Source: Candidatus Hydrogenedentota bacterium
GTDB lineage: Bacteria > Hydrogenedentota > Hydrogenedentia > Hydrogenedentales > JAEUWI01
Length of the DNA: 64,000 nt
Reading direction: 5' to 3'
Assembly (NCBI GenBank): GCA_034669905.1
Contig: JAXMOL010000018.1
Coordinates: forward strand, 64,001-128,000
How positions within the stretch are numbered: position 1 is the first letter of the stretch; each line of letters begins with the position of its first letter. The position numbers were made by a program, and so were the translations under genes. Below the pieces are notes generated by a model. It saw only the letters and a program-made list of their open reading frames with translations, made no database searches and was not told where the DNA came from. This document shows, in pieces, positions 1 to 10,222 of the stretch.

Positions 1-4
1 TGCA

Positions 5-1177
5 TTGGGTACTTATATACATGTCGATGGCGATACAGTAAGTATCGAAGCCGTCCCGGCGGAAGGATTCGTGTTCGATTATTACTCTATAACAAGTTGG
101 TCACCCTACGGATACGAGAGCAGCGAATCAAATCCACTTAGTATATTGATGAATGCGAAAAAAGACGTCACGGCGGTCTTCAAGGAGGTGTTTGAACTGA
201 ATACCGCAAAGTCAGGCCAGGGAATAGTCGAGCCTGAAGTGGGAGTGCCCCATATATATCTTGATGGGGACTATGCATCACTCAGCGCGTCTCCTGCGGA
301 AGACTGGTCGTTCAGTCATTGGTCGGGATTGTCCGAGACAGACTTCCCCAATGGGCCAGAGGGTCCAGGCACTACCAGCGCGAACCCGTGTACATTGAGC
401 ATGAATCGCGATGAGAATGTGACAGCGAACTTCGTGGCGGATTGTTTGCTCTTTGAGTTTCCTGAACCGGGTATATCACTGGAGTTGCCTCAAATTGTAA
501 AAGAAGGGGCCAACAGACTTGAGTCTCTCGGTAATACAGCGTTCGGGGGGTTCAAATTCAAACTTGGTGGGAACTATCAGGAAAGGGTCACGGAATGCCA
601 GAATATCGACGGATCTCGCGGTACCGCAACCAAGAAAACTGGTGAAGCAACTCTGAAATTCCAGAAAACTGATATTCCTCTCTACTGGGGCATAACGAAG
701 GAAGTAAAGTCACGAATGTTTGGCAGGAATTACAAAGTCAAATTCACAGGAGGCCTTCGTGGCGATATTGGTGTGGATTTGATCGGGCAATACGAAGTGC
801 TTGAGTATGCTTGCCCGTGCTTGGACGAAGATGAGTGTTTTTCTGGCAGAGGTACTTACAATATATCTGGGGGCGTTTCTGGTGCAGTAGATTTCGGAAC
901 GCGGTTGGTCGCGGCGTGGGATACAATAAGCGGCAGAGCTGTCGAAGTGGAGTTCTGTGATATTAACGTTGCAAACATCGCGATGACGGGGCGGTTCGGA
1001 GTGGAGAATCGTTGGGAGGGGTGTGACGGCCAAGTGTGTGTCAGTGCGTACGTTGATCCCATTGAATTTACCTTTAAAGTGGCTATCAAAGGCCTAGTCT
1101 GTAAAGCTATTAGCGTCAGGTATCCAGACGATGGGTCGAAGCTCTGGGAGCCCCTTGAGTTGTGCAGCGAGCCGTAG
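5..1177 (+). CDS. InlB B-repeat (Listeria/Bacteroides-type repeat) surface protein, 5'-truncated by window edge, with unrelated Cys-containing C-terminal domain
   Basis: Two repeat units of the form V-S-I/L-x-A-x-P-A-E-(G/D)..F..W..NP..(I/L)xMN..xVTAxF, then a non-repetitive tip of about 245 aa. The ORF is open at the window start. Confidence 0.75.
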   Translation: MGTYIHVDGDTVSIEAVPAEGFVFDYYSITSWSPYGYESSESNPLSILMNAKKDVTAVFKEVFELNTAKSGQGIVEPEVGVPHIYLDGDYASLSASPAEDWSFSHWSGLSETDFPNGPEGPGTTSANPCTLSMNRDENVTANFVADCLLFEFPEPGISLELPQIVKEGANRLESLGNTAFGGFKFKLGGNYQERVTECQNIDGSRGTATKKTGEATLKFQKTDIPLYWGITKEVKSRMFGRNYKVKFTGGLRGDIGVDLIGQYEVLEYACPCLDEDECFSGRGTYNISGGVSGAVDFGTRLVAAWDTISGRAVEVEFCDINVANIAMTGRFGVENRWEGCDGQVCVSAYVDPIEFTFKVAIKGLVCKAISVRYPDDGSKLWEPLELCSEP

Positions 1178-1242
1178 TGAATTAAATAGTTATATGTAGT
1201 GTCCCCCGTTCGCGTGTGTTTGATGGAAGGCTTGTTGGAATT

Positions 1243-2448
1243 ATGCTAGAAATGAAAATCCAGAGATTGGAACGTGTCATGAGATTCTTCGCATTCGTAA
1301 TTGTAATTTTCCCGTCGCTTTGCGCCAATGTTCTCGGGGAGGACCTGGAGCCATTGACAGAACTTACCTGGTCGGCCAAAGGAAGTGTTGATGATGAGAC
1401 AGAAGTGGACCTCGCATTGGCCTTGTCCGCGCAGGGTAAACGGTTCAGTATTAACTATTCCACAGTGCTGGTAAATGTGGCACCCACTTACGACAGTCCA
1501 CTGGACGCATGCGCGGCCACAATTCGAGCGGGTATAGAACTCAACGAAAATTGGTGGGGGGGGCTTTCGGCGCCGTGGAGTGCGCGGGACGAGGACGGGC
1601 TTCCCCTGGCTAGTTACATGCCTGATAGCACGGAAAATCTCTATACCGCGTTTACCTATCACACGGAAGACAGTACCGTAGGTCGTCCGACGGATGCTCA
1701 AATCAAGGCCTATCTCCGTGTCGGCGGTGCACACGTCTTCGATATCGAATGGACGGAAGTGTGCAATGGGGAAACGACTACGGGTATTCGATACATCCTT
1801 CCATTCCAGGAAGGGCCGTCGGGGCGATATCGATTCGCCCCGGAGTGGCTCGACGCCTTTGATGGAATTAAAGACTACCTGACGCGTACGGAACCGGAGA
1901 CGGCGGCGCTTGCTGCGTATCGGACAGCGAACTCCGATACCAGCCATTCGATCCCCGTTTACCAACTTTTCGGTGGCGAAGGAATCTCCTATCCGCTGAC
2001 GATCCATTTTCGCGGAAGCCCACTTTCCGACTCACCAAACCAGGTGCTAATAGCGGACTTTAGAGCAAGTTATATTGACGCGGTTTCGCAAGTTCCGACA
2101 GCCGTGGAAGAATTTGGAGGCAGTGACGCACGAGATCTTCTGGCCGATCTGCATACGGCAAGTGGCCTTGCCATGCTGGATGAGCTCGGTTACCACGGGC
2201 GTATCCGGCATCCTTTCGGTGATTCTCCTATCTATGTGATTGATAGTCCAGACTATGTACTGCTTTTCCACAAGGGGAATGAGTCCGTAGGAGTCGCAAG
2301 GGGATTCGTTTCGCTTTACAAAGATGGACCACAGTTTAGGTGGACAAATTTCAACACCACGAACCTGCTTGATAGCTTCTTGGGTTCACCCACGATCTGG
2401 CCCGCGCTCAATTCGTACATTGAATCCCAGATGGCGCAGGGGGAATGA
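1243..2448 (+). CDS. Hypothetical exported protein (start uncertain: 1216/1243/1252/1279)
   Basis: Long ORF directly after the first ORF. Signal-peptide-like segment MRFFAFVIVIFPSLCA; no recognisable domain. Confidence 0.7.
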   Translation: MLEMKIQRLERVMRFFAFVIVIFPSLCANVLGEDLEPLTELTWSAKGSVDDETEVDLALALSAQGKRFSINYSTVLVNVAPTYDSPLDACAATIRAGIELNENWWGGLSAPWSARDEDGLPLASYMPDSTENLYTAFTYHTEDSTVGRPTDAQIKAYLRVGGAHVFDIEWTEVCNGETTTGIRYILPFQEGPSGRYRFAPEWLDAFDGIKDYLTRTEPETAALAAYRTANSDTSHSIPVYQLFGGEGISYPLTIHFRGSPLSDSPNQVLIADFRASYIDAVSQVPTAVEEFGGSDARDLLADLHTASGLAMLDELGYHGRIRHPFGDSPIYVIDSPDYVLLFHKGNESVGVARGFVSLYKDGPQFRWTNFNTTNLLDSFLGSPTIWPALNSYIESQMAQGE

Positions 2449-2482
2449 CACAAGGAAAGCAACAAGGAGAATCATCATTTAA

Positions 2483-2825
2483 CTTTTTGAAACGACAGAC
2501 GACAAGTCGGTTACCGCAGTCTTTGAGCAAAAGCGGTTGACGGTGACGAAAACGGGCGAGGGTCAGGTGACGACCAATCCCTATGGAAGCACGGCCACGC
2601 CCACCTTCACCAGAGACTATGCGCCTGGGACCAGTGTCACCCTTACGGCGGTACCTGCGGCTGGCTGGGTCTTCAAGGGCTGGTCGGGGGGCGCTTCTGG
2701 GACCAACACTTCGACGACTATCGTGATGGATGGGGACAAAAACGTCCATGCCCGTTTTGAACAATTCGCGTTGACGGTGAACAAAATCGGCAACGGGCAG
2801 GTGTCGACTGTCAACGGACCGCCAG
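2483..2825 (+). pseudogene. Headless InlB B-repeat gene fragment
   Basis: The frame reads DDKSVTAVFEQKRLTVTKTGEGQV...VTLTAVPAAGWVFKGWSG...IVMDGDKNVHARFEQFALTVNKIGNGQV. Homology extends upstream of the called TTG (2537) towards a stop at 2480-2482 and ends near NGPP. No signal peptide. Confidence 0.65.
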
Positions 2826-3021
2826 CGCTTCATCGTTTGCGGTGTGCGTTGGGCTCGCAGGCTTACCGCCACAAATTGAGTGTTCTTGTGTTTCGATTGC
2901 CGATTCCGTATGGTTCTAACGTGCACGGCACTGGGCTGCCGGGCCAGCGATTCTACGCCCCTATTACCCACGAATATTGGCGAAACTAATTTTCCGAGAA
3001 CGTAACGAGGCCCCAAAACCG

Positions 3022-3858
3022 ATGACCAATAAGCACATGTTTCCCGCACGTCTGAAGGTTGCTATGGCTATCCTGGTCCTCCTGGCCCTGTCTGCGGGTG
3101 CCCTTGCCGCCGAAGGGGCGGGGGACTCGATGGCCGTACGCGTCGCCTCCTACAACGTGGAGTACGGCAAGAACGCCACAGCAGAAGAAATCGGGGCCAT
3201 GTTAGCGCCCTACCACCTCGATATCATCGGATTCTGCGAAGCCCCCGATGGCGATTGGACGGCGCGGGTGGGCAAGGTCCTGGACATGCCCCACGTCTAC
3301 GTCGGAGCGATATCGTCGGCCCACCACAAAGACAAGTACAAGACCATTCTCAGTAAAACGCCCCTGGAAGTGACCGAGGAAATACCCATCCATGGCGGCG
3401 CTGCATGGAATCCCGCGTCCGCCGTCCGCGCGGTGACCACCGTTCGGGGTATTACCCTTGCCTTCTATTCGCTCCATATTGCAGGCTCCGACGGGAAGGT
3501 CGGGCACGCTGCGGAATTGGCCACGAAGGTCCTGCCCAAGGAAATAGCGAAACGCTACATCGTGGTGGGGGACTACAACAACCAGCGCGGCGAACACGCC
3601 ATGGACATCCTCCTGGCCACGGGCATGAAGATTACGTGGGATGACCTGGGCATTGACGTGGCACCGCGCTACACCTACAACGCGATGAAACCGGAAATCA
3701 ATGGCGGCGTCATCGATCATATCCTCTACAACACGGCATCTGGTGGAAAGGCCACCGACGGCGGCATTATTGAACTCGAAAAGCCCCTCTCCGACCACAA
3801 ACCGGTCTGGGCGGAAATTGCGTTCCCAGTCGAAACCGAGACACAGACGACAAAGTAA
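3022..3858 (+). CDS. Endonuclease/exonuclease/phosphatase (EEP) family protein, exported
   Basis: Motifs VASYNV, IIGFCE, VVGDYN, IDHI, SDHKPV; signal peptide; GAGG upstream of ATG 3022. Confidence 0.88.
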   Translation: MTNKHMFPARLKVAMAILVLLALSAGALAAEGAGDSMAVRVASYNVEYGKNATAEEIGAMLAPYHLDIIGFCEAPDGDWTARVGKVLDMPHVYVGAISSAHHKDKYKTILSKTPLEVTEEIPIHGGAAWNPASAVRAVTTVRGITLAFYSLHIAGSDGKVGHAAELATKVLPKEIAKRYIVVGDYNNQRGEHAMDILLATGMKITWDDLGIDVAPRYTYNAMKPEINGGVIDHILYNTASGGKATDGGIIELEKPLSDHKPVWAEIAFPVETETQTTK

Positions 3859-4287
3859 GAACGAAGTTGGCGCGTTCCCACCACAGGGACTGCCTTCGCG
3901 CTGAGCGGCCCTTCGGACAGCGTGTGGTCGTTTGGGGTAAATGTATTTTTTGCGGATTCAATAGGGGAGTCGATGCGCGAGGCTGTCCCGGCTGTATGGG
4001 GAGATCCTGAGTAGCGGGGCGTTCCCTCATCGTGGGATAGCCGTCTTGGCTGTCATGGCGTGTCGTTGAGTCAACAAGATGGCGGGATGTTCTTGTCCGA
4101 CAGCGCCATTCATGACCCTGGCGCACGTGGCAATCTCGCGGATACCTTGCCTCAGCCTGGAAGGCTAGGCCACTTTGGTGCGTCGCTCAGCCTCAGAGTC
4201 GTTCGCAGTTTCCCAAGTGGATGTGGGCCCCTTGCGGGCACCCTGCCTCGGACAGGAATGTCCAAGCTCCTTTGATCTGTCCGGCCC

Positions 4288-5724
4288 CTACGCCATCAAC
4301 TCCGGCCGCACGTGGCCGTGTACATCGGTCAATCGGAAATCGCGGCCCTGGTAGTGGTGGGTGAGCTTTTTGTGGTCGAAGCCCATGAGGTGGAGGAGCG
4401 TAGCCTGGAAATCGTGGACGTGGACGGGTGTTTCGGTGATGTTGTAGCCGAGTTCGTCCGTTGCACCTACCTGCGCGCCCGCCTTGACGCCGCCACCGGC
4501 CATCCAGATCGTATAGGCACCGGGGTGGTGGTCGCGGCCCAGGAACTTGGAGCCGTTGCGGGCTTCGTTCATGGCCGTCCGTCCGAATTCGCCACTCCAG
4601 ACGACGAGGGTGTCTTCCAGCAGGCCCCGTTGTTTGAGGTCCTGAATCAAGGCCGCCATGGGCCGGTCCGTCTGCTTACACTTCAAGGGCAACTGGGTCA
4701 CGATATCGTCCGTGGGGCCCGTGCCGTGGGTGTCCCAGCCCCAATCGAACAACTGGACAAAGCGTGTGCCTTTTTCCACCAACCGGCGGGCCAAGAGGCA
4801 GTTGTTGGCGAAAGAGGACTTGCCCGGTTCCGAACCGTAGAGTTCGTGGATGTGGGCAGGTTCGTCGGCGATGTCCATGACTTCGGGGACGGACAACTGC
4901 ATGCGGTAGGCCAGTTCATACTGGGCGATGCGCGTCTGGGTCTCCGGGTCGGCATCCTGGGCGAAGTGCAGTTCGTTGAGTTCGTTGAGGGCGTCGAGGC
5001 TGCGGCGACGGGTGCTTCGGTCCATCCCGGGTGGGTCGGAGGCGTAGAGGACAGGGTCGCCACTGGTACGACATTGGACGCCCTGGTGCACGGTGGGCAG
5101 GAAGCCGCTGCCCCAGACGCTCTTACCAGCCGAGGGGGTCTTGTCGCCCGAGACGAGGACCACAAAGCCGGGGAGGTTTTCGTTTTCCGTGCCGAGGCCA
5201 TAGGTCAGCCAGGAGCCCATGGAAGGGCGGCCAAGCCGGGGCGAGCCGGTGTAGAGAAACAACTGGGCGGGCGCGTGGTTAAACTGGTCGGTGTGCATGC
5301 TGCGGACGACGCACAACTCGTCGGACACGCCCTGCAAATGGGGGAGGAGATCGGAAATCCACGACCCGCTCTGTCCATTCTGCCGGAAGTTATGCGGCGA
5401 ACCGAGAATCGTGGGGTGCCCTTTGATGAAGGCGAAGCGGGCGTTGTCCAGGAATTCCTGGGGACACAACTCGCCATTGAGTTCATTCAACTTGGGTTTG
5501 TGGTCGAAGAGGTCGAGCTGAGTCGGGGAACCCGCCATATGGAGATAGATGACGCGCTTGGCCTTGGGGGCAAAGTGGGGGCCACGGTGCTGCAGATTGG
5601 GCACGGCCGCGTGTCCGTCCTGTCCGAGCAACATGCTGAGTGCCGCAGCGCCGACACCAGCCCCGGTGCGTTGGAGGAAGTGCCGTCGGGTGAGTCCGCG
5701 CATATGTTCCATTTTTGGATTCAT
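4288..5724 (-). CDS. DUF1501 domain protein with Tat signal
   Basis: TRRHFLQ twin-arginine signal; PKAKRVIYLHMAGSPTQLDLFDHKP, CLLARRLVEKGTRFVQL, EFGRT, GRDHH, GRDFRLTDVHG. Confidence 0.92.
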   Translation of the reverse strand: MNPKMEHMRGLTRRHFLQRTGAGVGAAALSMLLGQDGHAAVPNLQHRGPHFAPKAKRVIYLHMAGSPTQLDLFDHKPKLNELNGELCPQEFLDNARFAFIKGHPTILGSPHNFRQNGQSGSWISDLLPHLQGVSDELCVVRSMHTDQFNHAPAQLFLYTGSPRLGRPSMGSWLTYGLGTENENLPGFVVLVSGDKTPSAGKSVWGSGFLPTVHQGVQCRTSGDPVLYASDPPGMDRSTRRRSLDALNELNELHFAQDADPETQTRIAQYELAYRMQLSVPEVMDIADEPAHIHELYGSEPGKSSFANNCLLARRLVEKGTRFVQLFDWGWDTHGTGPTDDIVTQLPLKCKQTDRPMAALIQDLKQRGLLEDTLVVWSGEFGRTAMNEARNGSKFLGRDHHPGAYTIWMAGGGVKAGAQVGATDELGYNITETPVHVHDFQATLLHLMGFDHKKLTHHYQGRDFRLTDVHGHVRPELMA

Positions 5725-5887
5725 GATGGTATCTGACCTCATTTTTGACTGAATCAATGTTAACCGACCGGCTTTGTCGGTGAGAATTCACAAGCCTTGG
5801 CGGCTCCATCGGATGCTAATGGTGGTCTGATTTAGGCAGATGGGTCATTGCCTCCAATGCGAAAGTTCAACCGATATCCGATAGAGC

Positions 5888-5967
5888 TCCTCTCCTTGGA
5901 GGGGCTGGGGGTGGGTCAAGTCGAAAAGAATGTCTAAAACCCACCCCTAACCCCTCCAAGGAGGGGA
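5888..5967. repeat. REP-like hairpin (CCCCTCC..GGAGGGG family)
   Basis: 5888-5916 and 5939-5967 are 29-nt inverted arms with 3 mismatches, all G-U compatible; a related core occurs at 41657-41674. Confidence 0.75.
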
Positions 5968-6093
5968 ATTGCTTGGCGGATTTGCTGAATAATACTGTCG
6001 AAAATAAATTCCTTCAAACTTGGTTCATACCACTAGAGTGACCACGACCATTCTAATCTCCAGTGTCTCACAAGAATTTCGCTTGCCGGGCTT

Positions 6094-6470
6094 GTAGTCC
6101 CGGAGGGGCGGTATATCGTAGCCCAGCGGCGAGCGTAGCGAGTCCTGGGTAAAGGATGTCACGAGAAACCAGTAGTCCCGGCGGGGCGGCATAAGGCGTT
6201 TCTGGCAACAACCCTTGGTCAAAGGATTTGTACGTATAGTACCTCAGATGTTCAATTTTTTCTAACGATCTCAAGACTCAGGGCCCCAAGGTGATGGGAA
6301 GCAAGCCCTGGGAACGTGGACTAAACGTTCAGAGAGCTCCTGCGCGGTGGCATAGAAGTTCCGGCGATGAGGCAGAATCTACCCTGTGCCGCCCCGCTGG
6401 GACTGGCCCCGGGTGATTGACCGAAACCCAGGACTCGCTACGCTCGCGCCTGGGCTACGATATGTCGCCC
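6094..6470. repeat. Nested REP/REPIN-like inverted repeat element
   Basis: 6106-6150 is the reverse complement of 6426-6470 (45 nt, about 4 mismatches); 6174-6193 pairs with 6385-6404; GTAGTCCCGG recurs at 6094 and 6172. Confidence 0.75.
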
Positions 6471-6625
6471 ACTTCGTGGACTAATCGACTCTTTTTCGGG
6501 GGCTTCCTCGTATCACTGGCGCTGCCGGTTCGTGCTTATTTTCAAATGTACAAATCGTGGCGTGTGCAAGCGGACCCTACACCGTGGGTGCCACGGACAT
6601 GCCCTGGACTTATTGGGACTCGTAA

Positions 6626-9568
6626 TTATCGTTTCGTCAATACTTCATCGAGATTCAGCAACACATTGCTAACCACGGTCCAGGACGCCAACTCTGCCAC
6701 GTCGACACCCGCAGGAACGGGCCCGAGGGGCTCGGTGGCCATCTTTTGGGCATCTTCCAGGTCGGCCCCGAAATGGGCCTTCTCGCCCGCGATGAGCTGG
6801 GCCACTTGTTCCCGCTCAGCCTCATTCGGAGGACGCGATGCGGCCAGCAAATAGGCGTATTCGATACGGTCGGCTATTTCGGCCGAAGGGGCGTCGCGGA
6901 GAATCCGTCGCGCCATGGCCTGGGCCGCTTCCACATACACCGGGTCGTTCAACGTGACCAGGGCCTGCAAGGGTGTATTGGTGCGGATTCGGCGCACGGT
7001 GCACACTTCACGGGACGGCGCGTCGAAGGCGATCATGGAGGGATAGGGCGATGTACGACGCCAGTACGTGTAAAGTCCCCGGCGGTAGCGATCTTCCCCT
7101 TCGCTCGTGGCCCACTGGTCACCACTGTAGACGATCTGCCAGACGCCATCGGGCTGGGGCGGCTTCACCGAAGGGCCATACATCTTATCGCTCAACAGGC
7201 CACTGACGGCCAGGGCCTGGTCGCGCACCATTTCCGCTTCCAATCGGAAGCGGGGGCCCCGCGAAATCAGCCGGTTGTTCGGGTCGATTTCCAGGCGCGC
7301 TGCATCCAGCGTGGGGGCCTGACGATAGGCCGCCGAGCTCACGATGATGCGGCAGAGCGATTTCATCGACCAGCCCTGTTCCATAAACTCTACCGCCAGC
7401 CAGTCGAGGAGGGGCTGATTCACGGGCAGTTCGCCCTGGGTGCCAAAGTCCTCCATGGTCTCCACGATGCCCGTGCCGAAGAACTGGCCCCAGAAGCGAT
7501 TGACCAGTACACGGGCCGTGAGTGGATTGGCTTCATCCACGAGCCATTGGGCCATACCCAGGCGGTTGCGGGGCGCGTCGTAGGCCATGGGGTGGAAGAC
7601 GGCGGGCATGGCCGGAATGACCTCCTCCGCCGGACTCAAAAAGCTACCCGCTTCCAGGATGCGCGTCGTGCGCTGTTGGTCGGGGGGAAGTTCGCGCAAA
7701 ACGGGAATCTTGGGAACTGCGTCGCTGACCCGTTTCAATTCGGCGCGGATCTGGGCCAGTTGTTCCCGCACGGGGGCCAACTCGGGGGCGATGTGGTCGC
7801 GGTAATAGGTCCGGAGTTCCGCTTCCTGCGCAGCGTCTCGTGCAGCCACATCCAATCGCGCCAGGGCGACGATGGCGGCGGGAAGGCCCTCAAAGCTGCT
7901 TTCATAGGAGAAGGCATAGGCCCCGCCCGCATTCACGATTTTCATGAGGACCTGATTGGTGCCCGGAACGAGGTTCAAGGTGAGCTCATCGGAGCCGGGC
8001 GTGATGCCACGCTTGACCCGGTTGCTGTGGACCTCCACACCGTTGAGCCAGATGCGGATGCCGTCGTTGCTGCCCACCTTGATGGGGTAGGCAAGGCCCT
8101 CGGCCGTGGTAATGGTGCGCCGAAGGTAGGTGTTCGCCACCTCACCCTCCAGGTTATGCACCGTGCCGTCCACCCAATCGGGCCGGGGCTGCCAGGCAAA
8201 CCCTTCTGGCGGCGTGAGATCGGCGCTGGAAGGAATCAGACCACTGTCCGAGTCGTAGGCACTTTCAAAATCTTCTTCCGGCAAGGGGCCGAGGGATTCC
8301 CAATCGCTGGTAATGGGCGTGCCCCCGCCATCGGCGCGCAATGTGTTTTCCCAGGCTTCCTGGCCCGGTGTGCGCTCGGGCAGGGCGTTGTTGAACAGTT
8401 CGCTAACCTGATTCAGCCGCTTGCTGAGGAATTCGATTTCCTGCTGCTGCTCCGGCGTGGGTGCCGGGAGGACCGGCGACTCTTCGGGGAAAAGGTCCGC
8501 GTCCTGGGTCTGATTGAGGAACGCGTAAAACTGATAATACTCCCGGTGGGTGATGGGGTCATACTTGTGGGTGTGGCACTGGGCGCAGGCCATGGTCACG
8601 CCCATCCAACCCGACATGGTCGTATCCACCCGGTCCACGATGGCCGCCGTACGGAATTCCTCGTTGTCCGTGCCGCCTTCGTCATTGGTCATGGTGTTGC
8701 GGTGGAAGGCCGTGGCGAGTTGCTGTTCCAGCGTGGCGTCGGGGAGCATGTCCCCCGCGAGCTGCTCGATGGTGAACTGGTCGAAAGGCATATCGGCATT
8801 GAAGGCATCAATGACCCAGTCGCGATAGCGCCACATGTCCCGGTGCCGATCGGCTTCATAGCCTTTGGTGTCCGCATAGCGCGCAATGTCGAGCCAGACC
8901 CGGGACCACCGTTCGCCATAGCGCGGGGATTCCAGGAGGCCCTCCACGACCTTTTCATAGGCCACGGGACTTGTATCGGCGATGAAGGCTTCCACCGCTT
9001 CCGGGGAAGGGGGCAGGCCGGTGAGGTCCAGGTAGACCCGGCGGATGAGGGTGTACTTGTCGGCTTCCGGTGCGGGGCTGAGCCCGGCGTCTTCCAGGCC
9101 CTTCGCAATGAAAAAGTCGATGGCATTCCGGAGCCAAAGCCGATTGGACGGCTGGGGCAGGGGGGCCTTCTCTGGCGCTACGAAAGACCAGTGCGCTTCA
9201 TAGACCGCCCCTTCATTGACCCACTGCTTTAACTTGGCTACGGTCGCTTCGTCAAGGGCAGGCCCCATTTCCGGTGGGGGCATGCGCTCGTCGGGGTCAT
9301 GAGAAAGGATGCGCTCGAAGAGGAGACCCTGGCTCGCGTCACCCGGCACGATGGCGGCGGTGCCATTTTCCGGGGCATGGGTCGCGCCTTCAAAGGTATC
9401 CAAACGGAGCTTTGCCTGCCGGGCCGCCTCATCGGGACCATGGCACTTGAAGCACTGGTTAGATAAGACGGGACGGATATCGCGGCCGAAAGAAAGGGGC
9501 TCTGCCGGGGCCAGGGTGGCCAGGGCGAGACACGTTACCGGAATCGTAAGACGACTTAAAAAAGACAT
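6626..9568 (-). CDS. Planctomycete cytochrome c / DUF1549 / DUF1553 (PSCyt1-PSCyt2-PSD1) protein
   Basis: [63 protein letters not shown]; upstream of its usual partner DUF1501. Confidence 0.92.
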   Translation of the reverse strand: MSFLSRLTIPVTCLALATLAPAEPLSFGRDIRPVLSNQCFKCHGPDEAARQAKLRLDTFEGATHAPENGTAAIVPGDASQGLLFERILSHDPDERMPPPEMGPALDEATVAKLKQWVNEGAVYEAHWSFVAPEKAPLPQPSNRLWLRNAIDFFIAKGLEDAGLSPAPEADKYTLIRRVYLDLTGLPPSPEAVEAFIADTSPVAYEKVVEGLLESPRYGERWSRVWLDIARYADTKGYEADRHRDMWRYRDWVIDAFNADMPFDQFTIEQLAGDMLPDATLEQQLATAFHRNTMTNDEGGTDNEEFRTAAIVDRVDTTMSGWMGVTMACAQCHTHKYDPITHREYYQFYAFLNQTQDADLFPEESPVLPAPTPEQQQEIEFLSKRLNQVSELFNNALPERTPGQEAWENTLRADGGGTPITSDWESLGPLPEEDFESAYDSDSGLIPSSADLTPPEGFAWQPRPDWVDGTVHNLEGEVANTYLRRTITTAEGLAYPIKVGSNDGIRIWLNGVEVHSNRVKRGITPGSDELTLNLVPGTNQVLMKIVNAGGAYAFSYESSFEGLPAAIVALARLDVAARDAAQEAELRTYYRDHIAPELAPVREQLAQIRAELKRVSDAVPKIPVLRELPPDQQRTTRILEAGSFLSPAEEVIPAMPAVFHPMAYDAPRNRLGMAQWLVDEANPLTARVLVNRFWGQFFGTGIVETMEDFGTQGELPVNQPLLDWLAVEFMEQGWSMKSLCRIIVSSAAYRQAPTLDAARLEIDPNNRLISRGPRFRLEAEMVRDQALAVSGLLSDKMYGPSVKPPQPDGVWQIVYSGDQWATSEGEDRYRRGLYTYWRRTSPYPSMIAFDAPSREVCTVRRIRTNTPLQALVTLNDPVYVEAAQAMARRILRDAPSAEIADRIEYAYLLAASRPPNEAEREQVAQLIAGEKAHFGADLEDAQKMATEPLGPVPAGVDVAELASWTVVSNVLLNLDEVLTKR

Positions 9569-9867
9569 GGGGGTACAACCTTGCATCATGCGGCCCGGGA
9601 AGGGCTGCGCCATGGGATCAGAGTACACAAGGATGTACATAAAAGTAAACGTGGGACAGGGGGGGATTTTCACGCTTTTTATGGCGATGCCCATTGGCTA
9701 CGCCTGTGGCATCGTGGGCATTCCTCCTGCTGGACCCGTCACGGAGCGTACCCGTATTCCTTCAAGAATGGATTCCTTCCTTTCGCGTTGCGTCCACGAG
9801 CCACATTAGTCTAATGTCGGGTATTATAATGTAACAACCAAGACCCTCACGGGGTGAGACTCCAATC

Positions 9868-10218
9868 ATGGCAAAACACCGCATTTACACGACCAGCTTC
9901 GCAAGCGTCTATCCCCATTATGTCACCAAGGCCGAGAAAAAGGGACGAACGAAGGCGGAAGTTGATGAAATCATTCGTTGGCTGACGGGATACAGCCACG
10001 CGGCATTGGAAGCTCTCCTCGAAGAAAAGCGGGATTTTGAACACTTCTTCGTAGAAGCACCTCAATTGAATCCAGCGCGTACGCTTATAAAAGGGGTGGT
10101 CTGTGGTGTTCGCGTGGAAGACGTGGCAGAGCCCACCATGCGGGAAATTCGCTACCTGGACAAACTTATCGACGAGCTGGCCAAGGGAAAGGCCATGGAG
10201 AAGATACTGCGGGCGTAG
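9868..10218 (+). CDS. DUF2200 family protein
   Basis: [51 protein letters not shown] are typical DUF2200 segments. Confidence 0.9.
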   Translation: MAKHRIYTTSFASVYPHYVTKAEKKGRTKAEVDEIIRWLTGYSHAALEALLEEKRDFEHFFVEAPQLNPARTLIKGVVCGVRVEDVAEPTMREIRYLDKLIDELAKGKAMEKILRA

Positions 10219-10222
10219 GGTT

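Noticed and set aside
4312..9232. Long plus-strand ORFs 4312-5736 and 6746-9232
   Set aside because: Antisense shadows of the DUF1501 and DUF1553 genes; typical of GC-rich codon bias, with no motifs.
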